Shown here one piece after another: positions 25,027 to 37,722 of a DNA stretch of 64,000 bases (position 1 is its first letter; the number at the start of each line of letters is the position of its first letter). The notes beneath the pieces were generated by a model that saw only the letters and a program-made list of their open reading frames with translations, did no database searches and had not been told where the DNA came from. The stretch spans positions 17,918,001 through 17,982,000 of the forward strand of contig CM075982.1 of assembly GCA_038087875.1 (NCBI GenBank), written 5' to 3'. The DNA is from Malacoraja senta. Lineage: Eukaryota. Made by a program: the position numbers and the translations under genes.

Positions 25027-25887
25027 TTGGGCGGCACGACTTTCATCTGCAGCGGCCTCTGCAGTCCGTCTGTCTTTTTATTATTTTTGTCTCGTTTTTA
25101 TGTAGTTTTTATTATTTTTTTTGTCGGGGTATGTGTGTGGGGGGGTGGGGGTGGGGGGGGGGAAACTTTGAAATCTTTCCGCTGCATGGGAGACCCGACC
25201 TTTTCTTTGTCGGGTCTCCGTTGTCGTTGGGGCTGGGCAACGTGGAGCGGCCTCCAGCAGGAACGACCTGGGACTCCCGTGGAGCTGCGGACTACTCACC
25301 GTCGCGGGGCTGGCCGAGTCCGGAGCGGGTGGAGCTGTGGTGGAGCGCTGCTGCTACCCGACCCCCGGAGATTCGGAGGCTACAACCGCGGGTCTGGCGG
25401 ACGGCAACACTAGAAGCCCGCGGGTCCCCTGGTGGGAGACCGCTTTTCGGGGCTTCCGCAGCGGCGACTTCTCCCGCCCGAGTTGCGGGGTTGAAGCGCA
25501 CCTGGAGCGGGGCTTTATCCCCCCGCGCGGCTTGGAATGGCCACCGGACTTTGCGGGCGTGCGCCGGGGCTCTAACACCAAGACCCGGTGCGCGACCTTG
25601 CATCACCCGGCGTGGCTTTAATGGCTGCGGGACAATCACCATCGCCCGCCGGGGGCTTTGACTTTGACTCTGACATGGGGGGGGGGGGGGGAGTGCAGTG
25701 GAGAGATACGTTTTTTTGCCTTCCATCACAGCGCTGTGATGGATGTATGTGTAAATTGTGTTGTGTCTCGGGTCTTCTTCGTTTTGTATTGTATGGCTGC
25801 AGAAACGACATTTCGTTTGGACCTCAAGGGGTCCAAATGACAAATTTGTCAAAAAAAGACAAATAAATTGAATTGAATTGAATTGAA
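25027..25887 (+). mobile_element. GC-rich non-autonomous retroposon (about 860 bp) with a Rex1/L2-like 3' end and (AATTG)n tail
   Basis: CpG-rich body. The 3' end reads ATTTCG-stem-loop-TGACAAAT..AATAAATTGAATTGAATTGAATTG. A related partial copy lies at 56576-56866. Confidence 0.7.
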
Positions 25888-25889
25888 CT

Positions 25890-26274
25890 AAGAAATATAG
25901 AAACTAGGTGCAGGAGGAGGCCATTTGGACCTTCGAGCCAGCGCTGCCATACATTGTGATCATGGCTGATCATCAACAATCAGTAACCCGTACCTGCCTT
26001 CACCCGATATCCCTTGATTCCGCTAGCTCCTGGAGCTCTATCTAACTCTTTTTAAAATTCATCCAGTGAATTGGCCTCTACTGCCTTCTGTGGCAGAGAA
26101 TTCCACAAATTCACAACTCTCAGGGTGAAAAAGGGTTTTCTCATCTCAGTTTTAAATGGCCTCCCCTTTATTCTTTGACTGTGGCCCCTGGTTCTGGACA
26201 CCCCCAACGTTGGGAACATTTTTCCTGCATCTAGCTTGTCCAGTCCTTTTATAATTTTATATGTTTCTATAAGA
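25890..26274 (-). mobile_element. CR1 LINE 3' end
   Basis: Closely similar to 47955-48332. Confidence 0.9.
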
Positions 26275-26954
26275 AAGCTATGGAATAAGAGCGAGGAAGA
26301 GGTATTATGTTAGTTACCTTCTGTTTCTTAATTCTTGTATCCAGTGTCCTTGAACTTATCGCTTTCGCTCCTGAATCAGATGATCATGCCTAGTCTAAAG
26401 TCTAGCAGTAAGCGATCAAGCCCACATGAGGGATAAACCCAATGTGCACCCTCACCAATTTATTTGTCATAGATGCATCTGTTCATGTTGGCTTCAGCAG
26501 GCGAGAGAGTGGTAGGTGAGTGAGTAGAAAGGACTTACAGAGGCCTGTCCATTCTGAGCGACAGTCTGGACTTTGAGCCTCTGCAGGCTAGGGTAATTTG
26601 GCTGTCCAGCATATTAACATGGTGCACACTCATACCTTTGTCATCTCTTCCTATTTGATTCCTTCACAAAACTCTGCTCTCCCATTTTTATATTCCCTCA
26701 ACGCCAACTCTTGCCTCCTTCCCCAACCTCCCTCTCTGATTAAGGTTCCATTTTTTTAATCAACTCTTTTTATTAACTTATTTTCTCTTAGTTGTAGAAA
26801 CGTACTTGCTAATTTAAAAGGAAGCACAGTTGGGCATTCTTGGACCATCAGCAGCAAAATATATTCCATTGCAATCGATAAGCCAATGGTCTGGTATATC
26901 CCTCATTGTACCATTAAAATCAAGCTGGTAACCAGCCCTGATTCCATGAGGAGG

Positions 26955-28690
26955 CATGGAGTCATAGAGTGTGGAAACAGGCCCTTCAGCCTGACTTTCC
27001 CACACTGGCCCAGCTACACCAGTCCCACCTGCCTGCGCTTCGTCCATATACCCTCCAAACCTGTCCTATCCATTTGCCTGGCTAACTGTTTCTTAAATAT
27101 TGGAATAGTCCAGCCTCAACTACCTCATCTGGCAGCTTGGTCCATACACCCACCACCCTTTGTGTGAAAAAGTTACCTCTCAGATTTCTATTAAATCTTT
27201 TCCCCTTCACCTTGAACCTATGTCCTCTGGTCCTCGATTCCCCTACTCTGGGCAAGCGACTCTGCATTTACCCGATCTATTCCTCTCATGATTTTGTCCA
27301 CCTCTATAAGATCTCCCCTCATCCTCCTGCGCTCCAAGGAAGAGAGCCACAGCCTCTCGACCTCTCCCTATAGCTCACACCCTCTAGTCCTGGCAACATC
27401 CTTGTAAATCTTCTCTGAACCATTTCAAGCTTGACAATATCTTTCCAATAACATGGTGTCCAGAACTGAACACAATATTCTAAATGCAGTCTCACCAACA
27501 TCTTATACAACTGCAACTTTACCTCCAACGTCTATACTCTGACTGATGAAGGCCAATGTGTCAAATGCCTTTTTGACCACCTTATCTACCTGCGACTTGA
27601 CCTTAAAGGGACAATGCACCTGTGCTCCTGGACCCCTCTGCTCTACAATGCTCCCCGGAGGCCTACCAGTCACTGTGTAGGTCCTGCCATTGTTAGATAT
27701 CCCAAAATGCAACACCTCGCATTTCTCTGTGTTAACTTCCATCAACCATTCCTTAGCCCACCAGGCCAATCGATCCAGATCCGGCTGCAATCTTTCACAA
27801 CCATCTTCACTATCTGCAAACCGCCCATTTTTGTATCATCAGCAAACTTGCTAATCTTGCCCTGTATGTTCTCATCCAAATCATTGATGTAGATGACAAA
27901 CAGTAACTGGTGCAACACAGGCCTCCAGTCTGAGAAACAACCTTCCACCATCACCCTCTGTTTCCTTCCATGGAGGCAATTTGCTATCCATTCAGCTATC
28001 TCTCCTTGGATCCCATGCGATCTAACCTTCCAGAGCAGCCTACCATGTGGAACCTTGTCAAATGCATTTCTGAAATCCATGTATACAACATCTACAGCTC
28101 TGCCCTCATCGATCTTTTAGGTCACGTCTTCAAAAAACTCAACCAGATTTGTGAGACACGACCTCCCACGTACAAAACCATGCTGACTATCCCTAATCAG
28201 CCCTTGCCCATCCAAATGCCTGTATAACCTATCCCTCAGAATACTCTAGTAACTTTCCAACTACAGTTCACTGGCCTATAGTTCCCAGTGTTTTCTCTGC
28301 AGCCCTTCTTGAAAAGAGGCATAACATTTTCCACCCTCCAGTCATCCGCAACCTCTCCTGTATTTAAGGACGACTCGTAAATTTCAACCAGGGCTCCTGT
28401 AATTTCCTCTCTGGTTTCCCACAATGTCCTCGGATATATCTGATCAGGCCCTGGAAATTTGGCTACCTTCATACACGATAGTACCTTCAGTAGTTCTTCG
28501 ACGGTAACAATGATTGCTCTCAAGACGCTTCCATTGACTGCCCCAAGTTCCTTCATCCTACTGTCTTTCTCCTTGATAAAAACAGAGGAGAAATACTCAT
28601 TGTGGACTTTGCCCATATCCTGTGGTTCCACAGAGGTGACTGCTTTGATTCCTGAGAAGTCCCACTCTCTCTCTAGTTACCATTTTTACC
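26955..28690 (-). mobile_element. CR1 (HER1-type) LINE, 5'-truncated and frameshifted RT
   Basis: ORF pieces: PLFKKGCRENTGNYRPV, DFRNAFDKVPHGRLLWKV, IYINDLD..KFADDTK, LVRLHLEYCVQFW, TRGHRFKV..NFFTQRVV. The tail GAAGGGCCTGTTTCC is shared with the HE1 SINEs. Confidence 0.95.
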
Positions 28691-30721
28691 CTTTTCCTTT
28701 GATGATTGATGGGACGTTGGGAGGAGCATCAGGCGCACCTGGAAATATGTTGGCATCGGGAAAAAAGTACATCAGTGCCGAACATATCTGCTACATGACT
28801 CGGTGTGCTATATAGCTGACAAGTTCCCTCAATCAACAAATTACAAAATCCCTGTAGCACTACCACGTAAGTGGTGCGTGGTGGTGGGCAATTAAGTCAT
28901 TTATGAAGAAGGTAGCTCCAAAAATGAACCATTCTCCCTAAAGGCAGGACACAGTAAGTAGTTGCCAAAGCATCTTCAACTCAACACTTCTGGTGTTGGT
29001 CATTTTCTGGTTCCTCTTGCGGCCACCCTGGCAAGACAGAAACCACTCTTCCGTCTCTGATATCAAGAAGCACCTATGACCAATAGATTCAACAATATCC
29101 AGAAGGTCAGGTAACAACCTGGCTGTAGTGCTAAAAACTTGCATTCTATGACAAGGCCACGCCTCCCGATGAGCAGTTCCAACACGCAGTAGGTATGTCT
29201 CGTCTGCAAAATGCAGGACAGACACAATGCAGTTAATTGTAATTCGAGCAGAAAAATGATGCGTATTAAATCACTCATCAATGACATGTGTACTGCTGTT
29301 CAGTGAAATGCCATAAAGCTTCAGAATTTGTGTTTGTTCTAAATGAAAATTATCTGAATTTGAGAAGTGCGTTGAGGTTATGCTGTATCGGAACACTGTT
29401 CGTGACTGCATTTTCGACGTGCAAACTGGGTTATGAGCAGCTACCTGGAGCAGGACTTACTGTAACCTGCGGATGACCTGTGCTCTGACAGCACCTTCAA
29501 GACCCTTGTGTGATTGTCATTATCCATCCCTACTCTTCAAATCACATTTCATCCTAACTTTGAAATAATGTTGTTCTTTCAGTGCCGGATCTAATCCCTT
29601 TAATTCCCTATCTAACAATTCAAGGAGATAATTTTCCTCCTTCGTGGTAACAGGGGATGAAATAATAAATTCTGACCTTGCTAGAGTTGCCCTCATTCAG
29701 TAAATATCACTACACCTTCAAAGAACACAATCGTGAAGTGTTTATTGCATGTTTCAATAATATCAAAGGAGTTGTAATCTCTGTAACTATTACAACCCTA
29801 TTGTTCATGCAGTAACGATATCTCCACTGGTAATCCATATCAGTATCAGATCTATAGGCCTATATATTGGCCTTCTAAATATTTAGATTTTATTGGTTTT
29901 GTACTAGATGATAGCAGCTATTTAGTGCAGTGGGTGTGTACAAAGGTGACATACTGTGGGGAAGAGCAAGTAAATATCCAACCTACCTATTTTAACTGGG
30001 CCTGACAAGCTGTACAGCTCGAGAACAGTTGGGCAATTGCTCCAGCGTCTCCCAACTTCACCTTTGTTAGAGCAGTCTGAATATCTCCTCCCTCTTTCCA
30101 GTTGAAATTCTCAGGACTGCATTAAAAATTAGCCTGTAGTACTGGACAAGCTGGATAGAACTTTGGCACGTTGCACAATTATGTTAATTCTGATTAACAA
30201 GGTGGTTAATGCTGACATCAAAAGTAAGGTGCAGCAAGTTGTATTGCATTCATCGAAAAGTTGGCAGCCTAAACCCTTTTTAGATGAAAGGTTAGCAAGT
30301 CAGTGGCATGAACTACTGCGCTTTTTTTTCCTTTTTTTTAAATTATCAACAGACATCGGGTAAGCAAATAGAATTAAATTAATTTGACCTGTATTCAAAT
30401 ATCAATGAGTCGTGGTATAGGGATGCTCTGCAAAATGATGTAAGGGAGCAAGAGTGAATGACCATCCTACAGAAGGAATCTCTACATTAATGTGGCAGAA
30501 AAAAGCTAAGGCAAGAGAATAAATACCACAGTGGATGCCATAAAAAGGAATAATTGGCATAAAAGCAAAGTAACCAGGTGTGCCACTGGCTGCAATTTGT
30601 CATGCATATTCATTATAACTGAGTGCTTCTGGCTTATGCTCTGCATCACAAGACATTATGAATTATTAATAAATAAAACATGTTTTTCATTTGCAGATTC
30701 TCAGTGCATTTAAGGCACAAA

Positions 30722-30960
30722 TGATTAGTGCTCCTGCCACTTAAAGTTTTGGGATTAATTCTGCTTGCAGGGACGTGAGCATTCAAAGCCAAGGACAGGT
30801 GTCCAATGTAGTACTGAGGGAGTTCTGGACCATGTTCCGAAGGAGACATTAATCAGGGAGCTGGTTTGTGCTCTCAATGGGATGCTAGATATCGGCCAGT
30901 TCTATTTCAAAAAACAGTTCTGTGTTTCCCAGTTAATATTTATAACTTGATCAACGTTAA
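30722..30960 (+). mobile_element. Degenerate Deu-core SINE
   Basis: GTAGTACTGAGGGAGT..GAGACATTAA..CTATTTCAAAAA..AATATTTAT; similar to 62770-63040. Confidence 0.5.
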
Positions 30961-31639
30961 AACATTATATTCAATTTTATATCACTTATTGTACTTGCTG
31001 CTGCAATTCCCATCTCACATCAATGACTACATTTCAGCGGCACTTCAGTCCAAAGCATTTTGGGGTACCCCAGTGCTTGTGAAAGTTGGCATTTCAATGT
31101 GTCCTGTCTCTATCATTGTAAAACAAATGATGTATGTGCATTCAATATCGTCACAAATAAAGACAGCAAGGATGCTTCCTTTTTGATCTTCTCTTTTAAA
31201 ATTATAAACATTTTCAAAATGTAACTCTAGTGAAGGGATGGGTGGGATGGGATTGGGGGCACCTGCATTTTCAACAATGAATCTCTTCCTTAGGAGATTC
31301 CTTTTGGCAGTTGCCTGAGATGGTAAGATACTGACACGGATTGAAAATACAAAGTGAAATGTATGGCACCAAGTGTCCCCACTCTGTGGAGAGTCCACTG
31401 ATTGGGAAATGTTGCTCTTGGACTTTTGTGTCATTGCATTTATCTGTTAGTTGTAAATCAGCATGGTATAGGATGTTAGAGGCAAGTTTGCTGGTAGGTA
31501 TAATGCATTGTTTTGAGAAACCTTGCACCTACTTCCAAAAGTATCTTACTTGTGGAAACAGTTTTTCCTATCACTGTTAATGAAGGTTTTCAATTTTGAA
31601 CATCTCCCATCGTCAGAGGTTCGACTGTCTGGGTAACAT

Positions 31640-31812
31640 AGGATATTTTTAAGGTAGAGATGAATAGATTCTTGATTGGTACGGGTGTCAAGGGTTATGG
31701 GGAGAAGGCAGGAAAATGGGGTTAGGAGGAAGATATAGAACACCCATGATTGAATGGCGGAGTAGACTTGATGGGCCAAATGGCCTAATTGTGCTCCTAT
31801 CACTTATGACCT
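31640..31812 (+). mobile_element. CR1 LINE 3' end
   Basis: GGATATTTTTAAGGTAGAGATGAATAGATTCTTGA...GATGGGCCAAATGGCCTAATTGTGCTCCTATCACTTATGACCTTA. Confidence 0.85.
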
Positions 31813-31989
31813 TACTATGAGATGCATGCTCCTTCACCTGACCAGCAAGTGTTCTACAAGCTGCCAACTGTTATTCAAGCCTTATAAATTCTCTAAAAGT
31901 GTGATTATTGTAAACCAGCAACTTTGACCAGAACAAAGTCGTGGAACCAATCATGTGATGGATTTTTTTTTGTTCTAAGAGGTGAACTA

Positions 31990-32290
31990 CAGCAACCTGG
32001 GTTAAATCCTGACCTTGTGTGCTGTCTAGGTGGAGTTTGTATGCTCTTCCTGTGACTGTGGGCTTCCTCCAGGTACTCCGGTTACCACCCGCAGATGTGC
32101 TGGTTTTTGGATTAAATGGCCAAAGTAATTTGCCTCTGTGTAGGAATGATGGTATCTGGGAAGAGTTAACTGAAATGTGGGTGGGATAAAATGGTGTCAG
32201 TGTAAATTTAGTATAAATAGGTGTTTGATGGTTGTCACAGACTGGGTGGACTTGAAGGTCTGTTTCTAGGCTCTCTCTCTGTATTTCAGT
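31990..32290 (+). mobile_element. Older V-SINE
   Basis: CCTGGGTTAAATCCTGACC..GGAGTTTGTATGCTCTTCCTGTGAC V-core. Confidence 0.65.
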
Positions 32291-33954
32291 GTTACACTTG
32301 GGCATTGTGCCAATATGTCAGCCCAGAGCATATGCTTAAATATCTGTGGGTTTGAAACATTGTCACACTCCTGAGCCATCGACAGTGATCAATGATTAAT
32401 TCATAGACCCATCAGTATTACTAGACTTTGTCACCTTGGAAGTAGAGCGTATTTGTTAAAATTTAATTATCTGTATTTATTCAATAGTATACATTTTTCT
32501 TTATCACTTAAGTCTTGGAGTGAGCCTATATATTTTGTGCAATGTCTGAATGAGAACGTAATAAGCTGCAGCATTGTAATTAGCATGTCATCCATTGTAA
32601 ACTTTGTACACGCAGTTAAGCAATTGGTTAGTAAAGTAGAAATGAAAATTATTTGCATAAAACAAAATTTTAGAAACACTGAGCAGGTCAGGTCACATCT
32701 GTGGCATAGTGTTAATGTTTCATGTCAAAGACCCTTCAAGAGAACTGGGAAGGAGACAAAAGAAGCTTAAGCTGGAAGGACAGTGGAGGGCAAGTAGTTG
32801 GAATGAGAACGTGGACAAAAACGACAAAGTGATGCAGGTCTTGTGAAATGCTGAGCAGGGTGGGTGTTCTTCCAGAATAATTACACCAACAATTCTGAGT
32901 GTCCTTTATTCCAGTTAACATTGGGGAACCATAATGCTTGGGTGATGAGTCAATAAATAATTGGTTCTTGCACTGAAGTTTTATCCCTTCCTCTCCTGAA
33001 TGTCAACTTGTATAATTCTGCAGCATTTGCCATTTTTGTGGTTTGTTTACTTTGAGGCATCAACTTATCGCTACCTCAAAAAAACACGGGGGAATTTCAC
33101 TGCCAAATGCAAACCTCTCCATGCCCCGTGTTTAATTTCACGGATAATGATCAAGTGTAGAAACTTTCCATTTCTTTCTGGTTTCCACGTTTTTCCAAGA
33201 CCTCTTCTGCACCCACTCCAAAGTCTCCATATCCTCCTTGTACTATGGCGACCAGCACTACCACTAATATTACTAATGTGGCCTAACCAAAGTTTTATAA
33301 AGCTACAAATGACTTCCTAATCTGTATTCTTAATGCCCTGATTTATGAAGGCAAGCATGCTGTACAGTTTCTATCTCACCTATCCACCTGTGATGCGATT
33401 TCATAGAGCTTTAGACTTACACCCCCAGATCCTTCTGTAGTTGTAGCAGTACATCATTTATTGGCAGTAAGAACAATGTATTGTCCCTTATTATTGCGAA
33501 TTGTCTGCACCTAATGTATATTGGTTGATTCCTATATGTGCCCATTTCTATTTAGGTTATGCTTTAGGAAGGATATGGTTGGGTTGCAGAGGGGAGTTTC
33601 AGTGACACCAGGAATGAAGGATTTTGGTCATGTTAAGAGGACGAGATTGTTCTCCTTGGTGCAGAGGAAGTTATGGGAGATGTAATACAAATATAAACTA
33701 GTAGAATAGGAAGGAAGGATTTGTTTCCTTTGGCTGGAAGTGTGATAGCCAGAGGATGATGACTAATTTTAATTGCAAAGAGAATGCACAATTTAAAGCA
33801 GATTTGATATGCTTTGTGATACCTTGCCCGAAAGGACTCGGGAAGAATATCCAATAGTAATGTTCCTTGATCCTTTCAATTTAATGTTTTCTAAACCCTT
33901 ATCAAAGAGTTATAAGCAAAGAGATATATGTAAAGGATACAATATTTATAAGAG

Positions 33955-35798
33955 GGACTGAAGAAAAAGAAATTATTGACACTGTAAAAAAACCTCAAGA
34001 GTAAGAAATCCACAGACTGTCATGATATTGACATGTTTACAGTTAAAAACATTATAGAATGCATAGCAAGACCTTTGACTCATATTTGTAATCAGTCCCT
34101 TCAAACCGGTGTATTTCCCAACAAAATGAAAACAGCAAAAGTTATACCAATATATAAAACTGGAGACAAACATGTACTTTCAAATTACAGACCCATTTCA
34201 TTGCTTCCACAGTTCTCCAAAATACTGGAAAAAATATTTTACACAAGACTGGACGAATTTATCACCAAACATAACATACTGTACGAACAACAATATGGTT
34301 TTAGAGCTAACAGAACAACTTCATCTGCAATTATTGAATTTATAGAAAAAATTACTAAGGCAATAGAAAATAAAGAGTATGCAGTAGGGATTTTTTTGGA
34401 CTTTAAAAAAAGCATTTGACACTGTAGACCACGAGTTATTAATAAAGAAACTACAAAGATATGGCATTAGAGGCATCGCACTATCATGGCTATCCAGCTA
34501 CCTACAGAACCGGGAACAATATGTCGAAATACAAAACCATAAATCACAATTATTGCAGGTTACGTGTGGGGTGCCTCAGGGCTCAGTGCTGGGGCCATTA
34601 TTATTCATTTTGTATATCAATAATATATGTGAAGTGTCAAAAACTCTTGAAACTATTCTCTTCGCTGATGATACTAACTTACTCTGCTGTGGAGACAACT
34701 TGGAACAGCTCCTGGATAGTATGGAAAAGGAATTGAGCAGGATGAAGATCTGGTTTGACGAAAATAAACTCGCATTGAATTTAAGTAAAACAAAATTCAT
34801 AATATTTGGAAATCGATCAACCAACACACAGAAAAAGCTCATGATAAATGGCACAGAAATAGAAAGAGTATCTGAAATAAAATTTCTTGGAGTATTAATT
34901 GACAACAAATTAACTTGGAAATCTCACATCAATTATATTAAAGCCAAAATATCCAAATCAATTGCAATACTGAATAAAGCCAGAGACCTACTAAATCAAG
35001 CCTCCCTGTATATGTTGTACTGCTCCCTCATACTCCCATACATGATCTACTGTGTGGAGGTATGGGGGAACACATACAAAACAAATACACATCCAATCTT
35101 CATCCTCCAAAAAAGAGCAATACGAATTATACATAAAACCACCTACAGACAATCAACAAAACCATTATTTATCAGACTAAAAACATTAAAATTTCAAGAT
35201 CTGACAGATTATAAAACTATCCAAATTATGTTCAAAGCAGCTAATCAGCAATTGCCTTGTAATATCCAGGGGGTGTTCCAATGGAGAGAAAGCAAACACA
35301 GCCTGAGAGGAACCTATATATTCGAAAAACCGGCAATAAGAACTAATGCAAAACTCCATTGTGTTACAGCAAAGGGTGTTAGTCTCTGGAATAACTGCCA
35401 TGATGAGCTGAAAAAATGTAAGATTCTATTCAAACTAAAAACACTTTTCAGAAACAAAAGATTGAATGGTTATGAGCTGGACCAGTGATTTTCTTTTCTG
35501 TTTGGTTATTTCTTGTTTGTGGACTGTTCAACAGATTTTGGGTCCATTTGTTCCCATTATTTTGTTTTTCCATGAAAATGTATAGAAAATAAGAGGGGGT
35601 AGGACCAGAAAAGTTTTCGAACTTCTTCTTACCCCTTTTAAACATGAACGATATTATTTGTATTATTTGAGTTACTTATTTGTTTGTTTTCTTTTGTATT
35701 TTCTTTTATTTTTATTGCTTATAAGTTTATTTGTGTTTGTATTTTTTAACATGTTCAATAAATAAGAACAAAAAAAAACTAAAACAAAAAAAAAAAAG
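33955..35798 (+). mobile_element. Near-intact 5'-truncated AT-rich LINE of the L2/Crack/CR1-group, RT domain to poly(A)
   Basis: PNKMKTAKVIPIYKTGDK..NYRPISLL..QYGFR..DFKK/AFDTVDH..GVPQGSVLGPLLFILYIN..FADDT..KFLGVLIDNKLTW (ORFs 34033..34419 and 34553..35488, joined by a +1 shift in an A7 run). T-rich 3' UTR, AATAAA near 35757 and an A-rich tail to 35797. Confidence 0.9.
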
Positions 35799-36396
35799 TT
35801 ATGGTAATATAGCTATCAACGATCAGCTTCCGCTTGAATTATTAAATGTGAGCATGCAACTAATGATTTCCGAGTTGTGGAAGGAACTTGATCTGAGAGA
35901 TGGATTTAAAATTTTCTCTGCAGAGCCACATATTATCCAGGGATGCAGCTATATGACAACACTTGACAGTACAATTTGGCATGGAAAATGTTGGCACTGC
36001 AATTTTCAAAGGGAAATGTCACTGTAAAAATATTGCCAGAAATTATAACTTGACATATTAAAAATGATAGGAAATATGTATTCAACACAAGATTTTGGTA
36101 ATGCGTAAAAGTTTTATCCTGCACCTATGAATGCAATATTTTCTATTGCTTCCTGGCCACGATTCTTCAGATGTCACATTTGGGAGATTTAAGGTTAAAT
36201 AACACTAAACCTGGCTATTTTACTAGAGAGATGAATAAGATTATATGGTTCTTAAAAAGGGACCAAATTATACCTATGGTGTCAAAGCCCTTGGAAGGAG
36301 TTGTTCAGACTTCAACACGGTTCCTCACTGGTCAAGGCTGTGAACCCATAGGTAGCATTCCTGCCTCTCATTTCAGAAGATTGCAGGCTTGTGCAC

Positions 36397-36495
36397 CAGT
36401 CTGAAGGAGGGTCTGACCCAAAACATCACCCATACTTTTTCTCCAGAGATGCTGCCTGACCTGCTGAGATATTCCAGCACTTTGTGTCCATCTTC
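36397..36495 (+). mobile_element. Solo PLE terminal repeat (degenerate hammerhead)
   Basis: CAGTCTGAAGGAGGGTCTGACCCAAAACATCACC..GAGATGCTGCCTGACCTGCTGAG. Confidence 0.8.
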
Positions 36496-36708
36496 ACCAT
36501 TCTCAACCTATCTTACAGCTACAGTTCTTCCCTCCAACAGCCTTTGCCAAATTCCACCTTGAATGGATCCTGGAATTCTTTGTGTATATAAATGACAAGT
36601 CAATATGATTTTTTTTTGTTTAAATTCCTCCTTTAATGTAGGAGAAATAGTGCCCAAATTTCTGGGAGCGTCCCAATATAGACACTTGCCTGCCAAATAT
36701 TCTGCGAG

Positions 36709-37630
36709 TGTGTAAGAAGGAACCGCAGATGCTGGTTCAAACCAAAGATAGACACAAAAAGCAGGAGTAACTCAGCGGGGACAGGCAGCATCTCTGGAGA
36801 GAAAGAATGGGTGACGTTTCAGGTCGAGACCCTTCTTCAGACTGATTAGGGATAAGGGAAACGAGAGATATAGACGGTGATGTGGAGAGATAAAGAACAA
36901 TGAATGAAAGATATGAACAGAGACTGTCCCTTCTGCAACTCCCTGGTTAAATCATCCCTTCCCATCCAAACCACCCCCTCCCCAGGTACCTTCCCCTGCA
37001 ACTGCAGAAGATGCAACACCTGTCGCTATACCTCCTCTCTCGACTCTGTCCAGGGACCCTGACAGTCCTTTCAGGTTAGGCAGAGGTTTACTTGCACCTC
37101 CTCCAACCTCATCTACTGTATCTGTTGTTCAAGAAGTGGACTCTTATACATCAGCGAGACCCAATGCAGACTGGGCGATCATTTCGCAGAACACCTTCGC
37201 ACAGTCCGCATGAACCAACCTGATCTCCCGATTGCTAGACACTTTAATTCTCCTTCCCATTCCTACACAGACCTTTCTGTCCTCGGTCTCCTCCATTGTC
37301 AGAGTGAGGCTAAACGCAAATTGGAGGAACAGCATCTCGTCTTTCGCTTGGGCAACTTACAGCCCAGTGGTATGAATATTGATTTCTCTCACTTTAGGTA
37401 GCCCTGGCATTCCCTCTCTCTATCTCTCCCCCACCCAAGTCGCACTAGCTTCTCATTTTCACCCTACAAACAGCATGTTTCCTTTATCGTTACTATTTTG
37501 CATATCTTTCATTCATTGTTCTTTATCTCTCCACATCACCGTCTATATGTCTCGTTTCCCTTATCTAACCAGTCTGAAGAAGGGTCTCGACCCGAAAAGT
37601 CACCCATTCCTTCTCTCCCGAGACGCTGTC
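36709..37630 (+). mobile_element. Penelope-like element with an inverted terminal repeat: minus-oriented repeat 36709-36915, then plus-strand GIY-YIG region and 3' repeat
   Basis: The plus strand encodes RQRFTCTSSNLIYCICCSRSGLLYISETQ..HFNSPSHSY..QPSGMNIDF. 36785-36915 is the reverse complement of 37501-37630. Hammerhead motifs at 36809-36844 (-) and 37571-37604 (+). Confidence 0.9.
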
Positions 37631-37722
37631 TCAGTATTCTGTGAGTGGTTAATTTAATTGTCACAGAATGATGCCAAATCATTTCAGAGATTGCCCAAAA
37701 TGATGCTGTCATGAAAATATAG

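Noticed and set aside
25027-25866. Multiple ORFs, or a possible CpG-island promoter or YWHAG exon 1
   Set aside because: No MVDREQLVQKA-like peptide is present. The region has a retroposon tail and a second dispersed copy. I also tried to fold its 5' end as an HDV-like ribozyme and could not.
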